From a virus, in the IMG/VR virus record IMGVR_UViG_3300027903_000005: DNA of 37,554 bases; one strand, 5' to 3'. A model generated the notes under the pieces. That model saw only the letters and a list, made by a program, of their open reading frames with translations. It ran no database searches and was not told the DNA's origin. Of the stretch, positions 7,907 to 17,271 are shown piece after piece (position 1 is the first letter of the stretch; each line of letters begins with the position of its first letter). The position numbers and the translations under genes were made by a program.

Positions 7907-7989
7907 TTTTTTTTGAAAAGCATATATACACTTATTAAAAATAGTGCCATACTTAAATTGATATATTTTTTCCATATGTATATCCTTTA

Positions 7990-8020
7990 CCCCGCTTCTT
8001 GATGCATGAGGCGGGGGTTT
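7990..8020 (+). terminator. GC-rich stem-loop followed by GTTT; candidate terminator of the TA/tRNA-like unit
   Basis: CCCCGCTTC (7990-7998) pairs with GAGGCGGGG (8008-8016), 9 bp including one G-U, around a 9-nt loop. GTTT follows. Confidence 0.4.
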
Positions 8021-8030
8021 AAAAAGAAAG

Positions 8031-8059
8031 TTGACTTTATGTTTATCTAGATATAAACT
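8031..8059 (+). promoter_or_regulatory. candidate sigma-70 promoter for the head/tail operon
   Basis: TTGACT (8031-8036), a 17-nt spacer, then TAAACT (8054-8059). Confidence 0.3.
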
Positions 8060-8182
8060 GAATTATAGAATTAGTGCACGGGCACGATAAAACCGGTCTC
8101 ACTTTTCCAGGTTTAGGTAAAACTTGGCGAACTCATCGTAAGAGGTCTTAACCGCGGTCACACGGGCAATAGTGCGAAGAAA

Positions 8183-8920
8183 ATGGAAGGTATGTACATG
8201 GATGATTTGAATATGAGCGGAGCTCAGCCGGACCAAATTGAACCACCTATGCAACAACAGAAAATGTTGTCGCAAGATGAGGTCAATTCGCTAGTTGCAC
8301 GAGAAAAGCAAAATGCGGCCGCTAGAGCTAGACAAGAAGTTGAAAGGGAGTATCAACAAAAGGCAATGCAAGCGCAGCAACAGCAGCAAATGCAGAGTCA
8401 ACAGCAAGAGCAACAAAGGATGTCGCAAGGCCCCTCTGAAGCAGATGCAGATGCTATCTATCAACAAGTCCAAGAACGCTTTAATAAAGAGATGCAAGAA
8501 CGTCAGTTCCAACAGGAAATGACCAATGTTGCCAACTCTTATCATGCGAAAATGGACTATAGTCGGAAATCTTACGATGACTTTGATGATATTACAAAAG
8601 ATTTTGAACCAACAGCTTTTCCCCAGCTCGTATATTTAGTGAGCGGATTGGAAAATGCGGGGGACATTATCTATGATTTAAGTAAGAATCCTCAAAAATT
8701 AGTCACGCTAGACACTCTCGCTCAACGTTCACCGCGCCAAGCACAAGCCGAGTTATTGAAGTTATCTCAGTCTATATCGCAAAATAGTAATGCGAGAACT
8801 GAGGCAGACCAATACTCTACTTCTGCTCCGCTAAATCCATTACAACCTTCCCGAGTATCTGGGAGCAATGGAAAGCTGACCGTGAGAGACTTAAGAGACA
8901 TGCCTTGGCTTAAAGGTTAG
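8183..8920 (+). CDS. scaffolding protein (positional call)
   Basis: About 245 aa, Q/E-rich and predicted helical. It lies between the portal region and the major capsid gene, as in P22-type modules. The ATG at 8198 is an alternative start. Confidence 0.6.
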   Translation: MEGMYMDDLNMSGAQPDQIEPPMQQQKMLSQDEVNSLVAREKQNAAARARQEVEREYQQKAMQAQQQQQMQSQQQEQQRMSQGPSEADADAIYQQVQERFNKEMQERQFQQEMTNVANSYHAKMDYSRKSYDDFDDITKDFEPTAFPQLVYLVSGLENAGDIIYDLSKNPQKLVTLDTLAQRSPRQAQAELLKLSQSISQNSNARTEADQYSTSAPLNPLQPSRVSGSNGKLTVRDLRDMPWLKG

Positions 8921-8977
8921 TTTCGTCTTAATGTAGGCAAGTAGATTGCTCCTTTGTTTTAACAAAGGGAGATTGAA

Positions 8978-10222
8978 ATGCCTACAAATATCTTGCAACA
9001 GGTTATTACCTATAATGAATCTAACCTTGCGCTTTTACTTAACTCTTTCTGTTTTTTAAGTACATCGAATAAAAAGTTCGTTGGATTTAATGATTCTATT
9101 CCTAAGAACTTGGGTGACACTGTATCATTTGATTTACCACCAAGATTTACCACTACGAACTCACTGGTTGTAACATTCCAGCCTGCTGTTCAGCGTGTTC
9201 AAAACTTGACGGTAGACCAACAAGCCTCAACTGCTTACGAGTTTACTGCACAACAATTTATTTTCAATGTTCGTGACTATATGCCGAAATTCGGTAAATC
9301 AGCTACTGCTGAGCTTGGTACACAAGTTGAATCTAACGTAGCTCAATTGGCTGAGACTAATACATTCCGTTTTTACGGAGATGGTATCAACCCAATCAAC
9401 AGCTACTTGCAATTAGCAAACGCTTTGGCTTTCTTCCGTAACTTTGGTGCAGTTCCAACAGACACTAAAGGCTATCTATCAGATTTAACATTCCCATTGA
9501 TTGTTAACTCCGGTTTAAACCAGTTCACTATGAACAGGGGTAACCGCGAAGCAATGTCATGGGAAATTGGTGATTTTAGTAAGTGCGAATGGTATCAATC
9601 AAACTTGCTTAAAACTCACCTTGCAGGAACAGAAGGAAACGCAGGTTCTACATTGACAGTTGTGTCAACTACATTGGACGCTAATGGAGCCGTTATTGCT
9701 ATTACATTTAGTGGAACAAACGCTGCTAGTGATGCTAATTCAATAAAGAAATATGATAAGTTTCAGTTCAGCGATGGAGTTTCTGGAAAAGCAAATCTTA
9801 GATTCTTAACCTTTATTGGTCATAAGCAATCTCAGTCTCCTGTACAGTTTAGAGCTACAGCTGACGCTGCTTCTACTGGCGGTTCACAAGTAACGGTAAG
9901 TCTTTATCCTCCATTACAAGCAAACTCAGGACAAGACCAAAACTTAAACACTCCAATTGTAGCTGGTATGCAGGTAACTGTTCTTCCTGACCATAGATGT
10001 GGTTTGATTATGTCTGGGAATCCATTGTTCTTAGCTATGCCTAGACTACCGGAAGAGGTTCCATTCCCAACTTCTGTTGCGATGGACCCTGATTCAGGAG
10101 CTAGTATTCGTCAGTATTATGGTTCTCTGTTTGGGCAAAACCAACGTGGAATGGTTCACGATGTTATATGGGGATCTACACTAGTAGACGAATATTCGAT
10201 GATGGTAGCTTTGCCTATATAG
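8978..10222 (+). CDS. major capsid protein (P22-coat-like by position and size)
   Basis: 414 aa, preceded by GGGAGA. It directly follows the scaffold gene. A strong stem-loop lies just downstream. Confidence 0.75.
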   Translation: MPTNILQQVITYNESNLALLLNSFCFLSTSNKKFVGFNDSIPKNLGDTVSFDLPPRFTTTNSLVVTFQPAVQRVQNLTVDQQASTAYEFTAQQFIFNVRDYMPKFGKSATAELGTQVESNVAQLAETNTFRFYGDGINPINSYLQLANALAFFRNFGAVPTDTKGYLSDLTFPLIVNSGLNQFTMNRGNREAMSWEIGDFSKCEWYQSNLLKTHLAGTEGNAGSTLTVVSTTLDANGAVIAITFSGTNAASDANSIKKYDKFQFSDGVSGKANLRFLTFIGHKQSQSPVQFRATADAASTGGSQVTVSLYPPLQANSGQDQNLNTPIVAGMQVTVLPDHRCGLIMSGNPLFLAMPRLPEEVPFPTSVAMDPDSGASIRQYYGSLFGQNQRGMVHDVIWGSTLVDEYSMMVALPI

Positions 10223-10234
10223 ATTAGGTAAGTG

Positions 10235-10263
10235 GCGACGCATTTGCACCGCATTTGCGTCGC
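10235..10263 (+). terminator. GC-rich stem-loop after the capsid gene (attenuator or mRNA stabiliser; no U-tract)
   Basis: GCGACGCA (10235-10242) pairs perfectly with TGCGTCGC (10256-10263). AAAATAAAAG follows rather than a T run. Confidence 0.35.
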
Positions 10264-10291
10264 AAAATAAAAGATTTAAAGGAGACAAAAA

Positions 10292-11038
10292 ATGTCTGTA
10301 AATAGCCCAATCGTAAATGCTCGCGTTAAATACGTGAATGGATTAGAGATTGCTTATGCAACAACAACCACATTAACACTGGCTGCTGGTGCTGCAAGCA
10401 ACTCTACAAATGTAGATGATATTATTTTAAGTGCTCCCGTGACCAACACAATTACTTCTGTTGGTGTGAACGGTGTAGACATTGCAGCTGCTGTATTAAG
10501 CAGTTTTTATGCCGTGTATGTAATCGGCGACTCTACTGGCTACAGAGCGACTGCAAGTTTATTATCCTTAAGTGCAACTGCCCCTTCTTTGCCTTTTGGG
10601 TATGATATGTTTAGGCGTGTTGGTTATGTATTAACTGATGGTTCTGCTCTTTTAGTTAAGTTCTGGCAATATGGCCATGCTAGCTCAAAAGATATGTGGT
10701 ATGACACTGGCATTGCAACACCTGCAATTACAACATCTACTACCTATGTATCTCAATCATTAGCGGCTGGTATTCCTCCATCGTTAGTATGTGAAGCATA
10801 TCTGAAGGTTGATTATACAGCGAACAGTGCGACAAATACTTGTACGATGGCGCCGTACGGCTCAACAGCTTCGGTTGGTATGATTATATTTGGTTATGGT
10901 GTGGCAGCAGCTCAGCAAGGTATGGTAACAGTTCCAACTGCGCTTAATTCTACTGCTCCAAGTATTACCCATAAAGAAACATCAGCTAGTGATGCTCTTG
11001 TGATTCTAGTAGCTGGTTATCAAGATAGTTTAGCGTAA
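10292..11038 (+). CDS. virion-associated protein of unknown role (248 aa, Ala/Thr/Ser-rich)
   Basis: Strong SD (AAAGGAGA). It sits between the capsid and adaptor genes, a slot that is empty in P22. Confidence 0.65.
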   Translation: MSVNSPIVNARVKYVNGLEIAYATTTTLTLAAGAASNSTNVDDIILSAPVTNTITSVGVNGVDIAAAVLSSFYAVYVIGDSTGYRATASLLSLSATAPSLPFGYDMFRRVGYVLTDGSALLVKFWQYGHASSKDMWYDTGIATPAITTSTTYVSQSLAAGIPPSLVCEAYLKVDYTANSATNTCTMAPYGSTASVGMIIFGYGVAAAQQGMVTVPTALNSTAPSITHKETSASDALVILVAGYQDSLA

Positions 11039-11060
11039 TAAACTAAAGGAGAACCCCAAT

Positions 11061-11768
11061 ATGGCGTACACAACTAATGAGCTCATAACAGGTGCTTTTT
11101 ATGCATCCGGCGTAGTTTCACGCGAGTTTGAGACAGTTAGTGGGCAACAGATTGGGGATGGCCTTAGTTGGTTAAATGATATTCTAACTGAGAAAACAGT
11201 TGATGATGGTATGGTTCCTTATGAATCAACCTATACGTTTACTGCTGTTCCAGGACAAGAGATATATTCAATACCTGATTTGATTGCAATTGATACGTTG
11301 GTGTTCTTCAAGCAGTCCGTACGTTTTAGTATGTCATATACAAAGCGAAATGCTTATTTCGGATCTAATCGTGTTGAAAGCATTAGGAGTTTGCCATACC
11401 AATGGTATTTCGAAAGAAAGTTTGGTGGTGGAAACCTATATATATACTTTACTGCTGACCAGAATTACCCAATGGAACTTCATGGAACATTTAGATTAGC
11501 TGAAGTGGCATTAAATCAAGATTTAAGTTTGACGATTGATAAGTTTTATACGACTTATCTGAGATATGCTTTAGCCGATAGAATTTGCGCTGAATACAAT
11601 TATGTTACGCCTCCAAATGTGGTGAAGCAACTTGGAAAATATGAAGGATGGATAGACAAAAAATCTAAACTTATTGACCTTCAGTTAGAGAAGGCATCCT
11701 CTCTTCAGGGGAGTAATGCGACTTATTCTTGGGCATGGATCAATCTTGGGAAGGGGTTTCTTCCTTAA
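11061..11768 (+). CDS. head-to-tail adaptor candidate (gp4 position)
   Basis: 235 aa with SD AAAGGAGA. The call rests on position ahead of the gp10-like gene only. Confidence 0.45.
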   Translation: MAYTTNELITGAFYASGVVSREFETVSGQQIGDGLSWLNDILTEKTVDDGMVPYESTYTFTAVPGQEIYSIPDLIAIDTLVFFKQSVRFSMSYTKRNAYFGSNRVESIRSLPYQWYFERKFGGGNLYIYFTADQNYPMELHGTFRLAEVALNQDLSLTIDKFYTTYLRYALADRICAEYNYVTPPNVVKQLGKYEGWIDKKSKLIDLQLEKASSLQGSNATYSWAWINLGKGFLP

Positions 11769-11807
11769 GTTAATTTTGCTGGTCGATACAGCTTATTTGG
11801 AGTTTGA

Positions 11808-13394
11808 ATGGGTACGGAATTATCAGAACAAATACCAATCAATGTTGCGGGTGCAAGTTCCTTTGGAGTGTGGCCCAAGATAAATCTTGAAAAGACATAT
11901 AATATGTATCTTTCAGATGAATGGATGATTGGTTTCCCTGGCTATAAGAAAGTAGCTTTGGATGGTGCCCCTGGGGAAGGTAGAGCTATATTTCGGTCTG
12001 TTCGCGGAAATTTCCTTCTTGTTGTAGTTGGATCTGCAGTTTATAGATTAAATGAAGCATTGGCTCCTACTTTTGTAGGCACATTATCTACAAGTGCCGG
12101 CGAGGTATTTATAGATGAAAATCTATCGCAGCAATTGTGCTTAGTAGATGGTCTAAGGGCATATATTTATAATTCTACAACTGGAATATTAACGCCTCAA
12201 AATCTTGTAGATGGTACTGTCCCAACGCCATTACCGGTAATTCCAAATTATGTTTCATTCCATGGTGGGTATTTTCTAATTGCATCTGCTTTGAATAGCA
12301 TCAATAATTATCAATGGTTTTCCTATATAAGAAATGATGACAACACCATTAAATGGTCATCTACTCAGACTATATCTACAAAACCTGATGCTGCGATAGC
12401 AGTAAGACGAATTCCAGGTCGAGGTAATAATGTTATAGCATTTGGACGTTCTGTTGCTGAGATACACACGTTGGTTGCACAAACTGGGGCATCTCAATAC
12501 ACAAGAGTATCTTCATATAATATTGATAATGGGTGTATCAGCGTATCAACTATCGCAGCTGGAGAAGATACGGTGGCGTGGTTAGCGGTTAACGAAGCTA
12601 ATAGCCCGGTTATTATGGTTACCAATGGCTCGGAAACAAAGCAAATTTCTACGGATGGGATAGACCATCTCATGGAAAGTATCCAGTTCCCAGAGGACTC
12701 AACGGCATTCTTTTTTAGACAGAATGGACATTTATTTTATCAGCTCACGTTTTTTAATAAGGCAGACAACTTAACTCTTATTCATGATTTTACAGTTGGT
12801 AAATTCTTCCATCTATCAGATGAGAATCTAAACTTTCATATAGCTCGTGATGTGGTTTACTTTAATGAAAAATCTTACCTCGTATCATTGAATGATGCGG
12901 CTATATATGAAATTGGAGATGAGTTTAACACTTATAGTTACAGTAGAGATCCTAACGATATTGGCCAACTTATCCCGAGAATAAGGATATGCAAGACTAT
13001 AAGAAAGAAAGATAGTTCCACATTTAGAGGTGGGATGTTCACATTTTTGATAGAGCAAGGTGTCACTAATTTTAATTTTGGTGCTGATGGCGATAATCAA
13101 ATGATAACCGAGATTACAGAGGATATAATAGTCAGCGAATCTGATATCCCTATAGTAAGTGAAGATAGTTTCTTTTCGGTTGATAATAATAGGCCACGGG
13201 TTGATATGTCTTTCTCAAAGAATGGTAACGAGTCCTTTAGTAATATAGTGGGAAGAGAGCTAAACCCACAAGCACATTTTAGGAATCAAATAAGATGGCA
13301 TAGACTTGGGCAAGCTAATGAACTTACTATTCAGTTAAGATTTTGGGGATTTAATAGATTCGTAGTAACAGAAGGGACGATTGAGACATACTGA
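11808..13394 (+). CDS. packaged-DNA stabilisation / tail hub protein (P22 gp10-like)
   Basis: 528 aa. The C-terminal end RPRVDMSFSKNGNESFSNIVGRELNPQAHFRNQIRWHRLGQANELTIQLRF resembles, from memory, the C-terminal end of P22 gp10 (...DGINYGRE...VLWKRVGRIRRLIGFKLRV...). The position is syntenic. Confidence 0.55.
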   Translation: MGTELSEQIPINVAGASSFGVWPKINLEKTYNMYLSDEWMIGFPGYKKVALDGAPGEGRAIFRSVRGNFLLVVVGSAVYRLNEALAPTFVGTLSTSAGEVFIDENLSQQLCLVDGLRAYIYNSTTGILTPQNLVDGTVPTPLPVIPNYVSFHGGYFLIASALNSINNYQWFSYIRNDDNTIKWSSTQTISTKPDAAIAVRRIPGRGNNVIAFGRSVAEIHTLVAQTGASQYTRVSSYNIDNGCISVSTIAAGEDTVAWLAVNEANSPVIMVTNGSETKQISTDGIDHLMESIQFPEDSTAFFFRQNGHLFYQLTFFNKADNLTLIHDFTVGKFFHLSDENLNFHIARDVVYFNEKSYLVSLNDAAIYEIGDEFNTYSYSRDPNDIGQLIPRIRICKTIRKKDSSTFRGGMFTFLIEQGVTNFNFGADGDNQMITEITEDIIVSESDIPIVSEDSFFSVDNNRPRVDMSFSKNGNESFSNIVGRELNPQAHFRNQIRWHRLGQANELTIQLRFWGFNRFVVTEGTIETY

Positions 13395-13717
13395 TGACAA
13401 TCCCAAATTTACCACCATTCTTCAATATGATTTATACTAAAGAGAATGGAGAATTAACACCGAATGCTCAGCTGTACAATGATTTAATGTACCAGGTATT
13501 AAATGAATTGCTTAACAGTTTCAATAATAACTTTGACAATGGATTGCAGGTACCAAATAAAACAACTGCAGAAATAACAGTTTATAGAGACGATCAGATA
13601 ACGCCATTAGGAACGACATGGTATAACACGAATTTAAATAAGCTCCAGGTTAAAACAAAGATGGCAATAATAATCCCTCCTACTCCTGGAACAATAGAAA
13701 CCGTAACAAGCACATAA
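13394..13717 (+). CDS. hypothetical tail-associated protein (107 aa)
   Basis: The start overlaps the upstream stop (TGATG). Confidence 0.6.
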   Translation: MTIPNLPPFFNMIYTKENGELTPNAQLYNDLMYQVLNELLNSFNNNFDNGLQVPNKTTAEITVYRDDQITPLGTTWYNTNLNKLQVKTKMAIIIPPTPGTIETVTST

Positions 13718-13728
13718 GGGAATATGAA

Positions 13729-14394
13729 ATGGATCCATATAAAAATCAGCCATACAATAATCAGCCAAATCCTTTCCAAGGGCTCTCAAAGTATAATGGT
13801 CCATCTACACCTTATACTGGCCAAGCTTTAAATGAAGTAAAAGGCTACTATGACCCATACACAGAATATGCACGTAATCCTGAAGATTTCCTATCTAGGA
13901 TCTCACAGAGCTTTAAACAGAACCCAGGACAAATAAGAGCCAATGATATCCGGATGAAAGAGCATACTGGCGCAGCTGCTGCATCAGGAAGAATAAATAA
14001 TCCACAATATGAAGAAGAGCATGGCGATTTAGCTAGTGCTCTATATAATCAGGATATGCAACAATATATCGACAATATAATGAAGCAACAAGGCTTAGGT
14101 TTTCAGGCTGCACAAGGCGCTGCTGGGGATGTTTCTAATATCCTAGGGGAAGAAGGCGCATATGCTGAAAGAGCTTCAAGACAAAAACAACAAGATGAGA
14201 ATGCTCAATGGCAAGCCATAATTAAAGCTATCGGAATGATGGGTGGTGCTTATCTTGGAGGCCCCGCTGGCGCTGCAGCAGGCGGTCAATTAGCCGGTCA
14301 ATTTGCGCCGGGTGGAGGAAATGAGCCGGAACAGGGTTATGGATATAACAATCCTAACTATTCAAACCGTAATAGCAGATGGACTACGAGGTAA
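13729..14394 (+). CDS. internal/ejection protein candidate (221 aa, Gly/Gln/Asn-rich)
   Basis: Contains the Gly-zipper-like stretch IGMMGGAYLGGPAGAAAGGQLAGQFAPGGG. Size and position match P22 gp7. Confidence 0.5.
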   Translation: MDPYKNQPYNNQPNPFQGLSKYNGPSTPYTGQALNEVKGYYDPYTEYARNPEDFLSRISQSFKQNPGQIRANDIRMKEHTGAAAASGRINNPQYEEEHGDLASALYNQDMQQYIDNIMKQQGLGFQAAQGAAGDVSNILGEEGAYAERASRQKQQDENAQWQAIIKAIGMMGGAYLGGPAGAAAGGQLAGQFAPGGGNEPEQGYGYNNPNYSNRNSRWTTR

Positions 14395-14400
14395 CAGATT

Positions 14401-15405
14401 ATGCCATTTCAAAGAAGCAATGTGGGTGGAATTCCGTTACTAAAAAGCCCATGGGACATGGATTTTGCAGACATGCTCCAAAAAGGCATCGCGCTTCGTC
14501 ATGAACCTCAAAGGTTGATGCGGGAGAAAGAGAAGGAGCTACTTGCTAATTCACTTAAACAGAATGAATTAAATTATGCCCCGCAAACATCTGAAGCAGA
14601 TATTAGGCTTAAACAAGGTCACGCTACGCAATATGAGAATATGGCAAAACTTCCATATGGCGGGAATGTTACTGGCGATGTTATGCAAAGCATTATGGTG
14701 CACAACATACTTAATGATCCAAATGCTCCTGCTGAATTAAAGCAGTTGGTTGGCGGTGATAGAAAGGCATTAATTAGACAGAGATTAATGGGTAATACTC
14801 CTGAATCTGCAAAATTGAGAGAAGATGAACAAAGGATTATGAATGATCCAAATTTATCTGACCAGGAAAAAGAGGATGCTATAGGATATAACCGATCAAA
14901 GAATATTAAGAATTCAGTAATACCGGAGTTAGAAGTACAAAAAACCCGGGCTGACATTACATCTGAAGGATTTGAAAAATTATTACAACCAGACATGTTG
15001 GAAGCCTTGACTCAATATTCTGGAGGACCAGGAACGGCTAAACGAGCTGCTGATGAATGGGAGAAATGGCTAACAGGGAAAACACCTGAAAGATTATTAA
15101 AATATGAAGATGCTGAGTCTACTGCAGAAGGCGTTGCCATGAACTTAAGAGCAGCAATTAAAGAATCGGTATCTCCAGCAAAAGGTGAAAAAATATTAGA
15201 TATGATTTCTCCTGCTAATATAAAAAGAAGTCCAGAGCAAGCCATTAGACGACTTCAAGCTGCTGCTGATTTCTTTGAAACAGAAAGAAAAGGAATTTAT
15301 CAAGGAACCGGAAGAACTCTTAAACCAAAAACGCAAAATAATAAAAAAACAAATTATGAAGGGAAGACAAGGAATCTTGATTTAACCACAAGGAAGCTTT
15401 CATAA
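14401..15405 (+). CDS. internal/ejection protein candidate (334 aa)
   Basis: Positional call (gp20 slot). The stop overlaps the next start (TAATG). Confidence 0.5.
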   Translation: MPFQRSNVGGIPLLKSPWDMDFADMLQKGIALRHEPQRLMREKEKELLANSLKQNELNYAPQTSEADIRLKQGHATQYENMAKLPYGGNVTGDVMQSIMVHNILNDPNAPAELKQLVGGDRKALIRQRLMGNTPESAKLREDEQRIMNDPNLSDQEKEDAIGYNRSKNIKNSVIPELEVQKTRADITSEGFEKLLQPDMLEALTQYSGGPGTAKRAADEWEKWLTGKTPERLLKYEDAESTAEGVAMNLRAAIKESVSPAKGEKILDMISPANIKRSPEQAIRRLQAAADFFETERKGIYQGTGRTLKPKTQNNKKTNYEGKTRNLDLTTRKLS

Positions 15406-17258
15406 TGGGTATTCAATATATAAAAGCCTCGAATGGAAAAACATATCCAGTAGATTCAAACTTGTCAGATGATGAGGCTGTTGAATATGTAATAAAACAA
15501 ATTAAGGGGAAAGAATCTAAACCTGCTTCTCAAGGCGATATAGTTAATAAAGTTGCTCAAGATGCAGACCTTATAAGACAAGGCAAAAATCCGATTAATT
15601 CTCAAAGAGGGGCCCCTCCAGAATCTAATGGTCGTATGGCGTTAGATAAATTTCATGATGCATTACGTAATCTAGGCGCTGGAGCTGGGAATTCTCTTCA
15701 AAATGCTGCGCAAGGATTGAAACCAATCTTAGGCATGTCAAATCCTAATCTTTTAAATGCTAAATCTGAAAATAATATTGATTTTGATAAAATGTTTGGC
15801 GTTAAAGAAAAGAATGAAGCAATCCAAAAGATTCCGGAGATCGCAACATCATTTATTCCAGGGATTGGCGCTGGGAAAGCTCTTGGAAAAGCACCAGGGT
15901 TAGTAAAGGCGGCAGGCTTAGCGGCTGAACAAGCGGGAATCCAAGGTGGTTTAGGATACTTATTTAATCCAGAATCTCGAGTGGAAAGCGCAGGAAAGGC
16001 TGGGGGGATAGCTGGAGGAAGTCAGTTAGCTATAGACTCAATGATTTCAAAACATCCAATAGCTAAAGCTTTAAAATATTTGCTACCAAGAGCTGGTGGT
16101 GCTTTCGCTGGTCAAAAAACTGCTGAATTTGCAGGATTGCCAGGATGGGCACAAACAGCAGCTGGGATTGGAGGCGCATTTGCCGGGAATGCTGGTGCTA
16201 ATGCTATACCAAAGTTATTAAGAGGGGCTAAAAACCTTCACGGAAAAGAGTATGCCGAGGATGTTGTAAAGGCTACTGAGAAGATGGACCCTATAGAGCT
16301 GAAACAAGTAATGGAAACGGCGAAAAGACGTGGTGTTAATTTAACACCTGCAGAGATTACTCAGGACCCTGTTTTATTAGCAAAAGAAGCAAAAGCTGGC
16401 GTTAATAAAGAAAATGTTAGATTAAAACATGGCTTGGAAGAAGAAAGAAAAGTAACTGAATCTCAGGTGAATAAAAAATTCAAAGACGAAGTTTATAATC
16501 CTGAAAAGCATGATGCTATTCAAAAACAAGCATTTGATGATGCGAAACATAAGAGGGTTCCACAAGATTTACTTCCCGTAGAACATGATGATCTTTATAA
16601 GAGAGCTATTAAATTTGCTAAATCCAATAATGAGCTTTCCGCTGAATTGGCGAAGTATCCAGGCGGTTCTGTTGGAAGATATGATGTTGTCAGAAGGGCT
16701 TTAGATAAGATGATAAAATCAGAGCCAGCATCAACTTTCAATTTGGTAAATGCTAGAACGTCATTATCTAAGGCTCTTAAAGATTTCTCCCCAGAGTATA
16801 GAACAGCAATGGATCTTTCTGAAAAAGGGAAAGTTTTTAAAACTATAAGCGCATTAGAAAATCAAGGGAAACTTATAGGTGAAGATTTCTTCAAAGGCAT
16901 GGAAGATCAAAAGAAATTTGATAGTCTTGTAAAGCATACTAGAAATGTGCCAGGAGCTGATGAATTCTTGGATGATACACGAAAGTTATATCAATTAAGG
17001 AAATCAGTAGACACGACGGCGCTTGCTAAAAAGCTAACCGATACAATGCTTCCTACTTCAAAAGCTGAGGCGGGGACATTTTTAGCTAAACTATTTAATG
17101 GCAAGTCTGATAAAGCAATGATTGAATTAATGTATGATCCAGAAATAATGAAGAAAGTTCACACAATTGCTGGAATGACAGAACCAGAAAAAGCAATGAT
17201 TGAGTTTTCAAAGGTTCTATCTCGTAAAAAGGCTCAGGATGTAGCCAGAACAAAATAA
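15405..17258 (+). CDS. internal/ejection protein candidate (617 aa)
   Basis: The size is close to P22 gp16 (609 aa). Gly/Ala-rich amphipathic region: AGLAAEQAGIQGGLGYLF...AGGIAGGSQLAI...AAGIGGAFAGNAGANA. Confidence 0.5.
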   Translation: MGIQYIKASNGKTYPVDSNLSDDEAVEYVIKQIKGKESKPASQGDIVNKVAQDADLIRQGKNPINSQRGAPPESNGRMALDKFHDALRNLGAGAGNSLQNAAQGLKPILGMSNPNLLNAKSENNIDFDKMFGVKEKNEAIQKIPEIATSFIPGIGAGKALGKAPGLVKAAGLAAEQAGIQGGLGYLFNPESRVESAGKAGGIAGGSQLAIDSMISKHPIAKALKYLLPRAGGAFAGQKTAEFAGLPGWAQTAAGIGGAFAGNAGANAIPKLLRGAKNLHGKEYAEDVVKATEKMDPIELKQVMETAKRRGVNLTPAEITQDPVLLAKEAKAGVNKENVRLKHGLEEERKVTESQVNKKFKDEVYNPEKHDAIQKQAFDDAKHKRVPQDLLPVEHDDLYKRAIKFAKSNNELSAELAKYPGGSVGRYDVVRRALDKMIKSEPASTFNLVNARTSLSKALKDFSPEYRTAMDLSEKGKVFKTISALENQGKLIGEDFFKGMEDQKKFDSLVKHTRNVPGADEFLDDTRKLYQLRKSVDTTALAKKLTDTMLPTSKAEAGTFLAKLFNGKSDKAMIELMYDPEIMKKVHTIAGMTEPEKAMIEFSKVLSRKKAQDVARTK

Positions 17259-17271
17259 AAGGGAATTTAAA

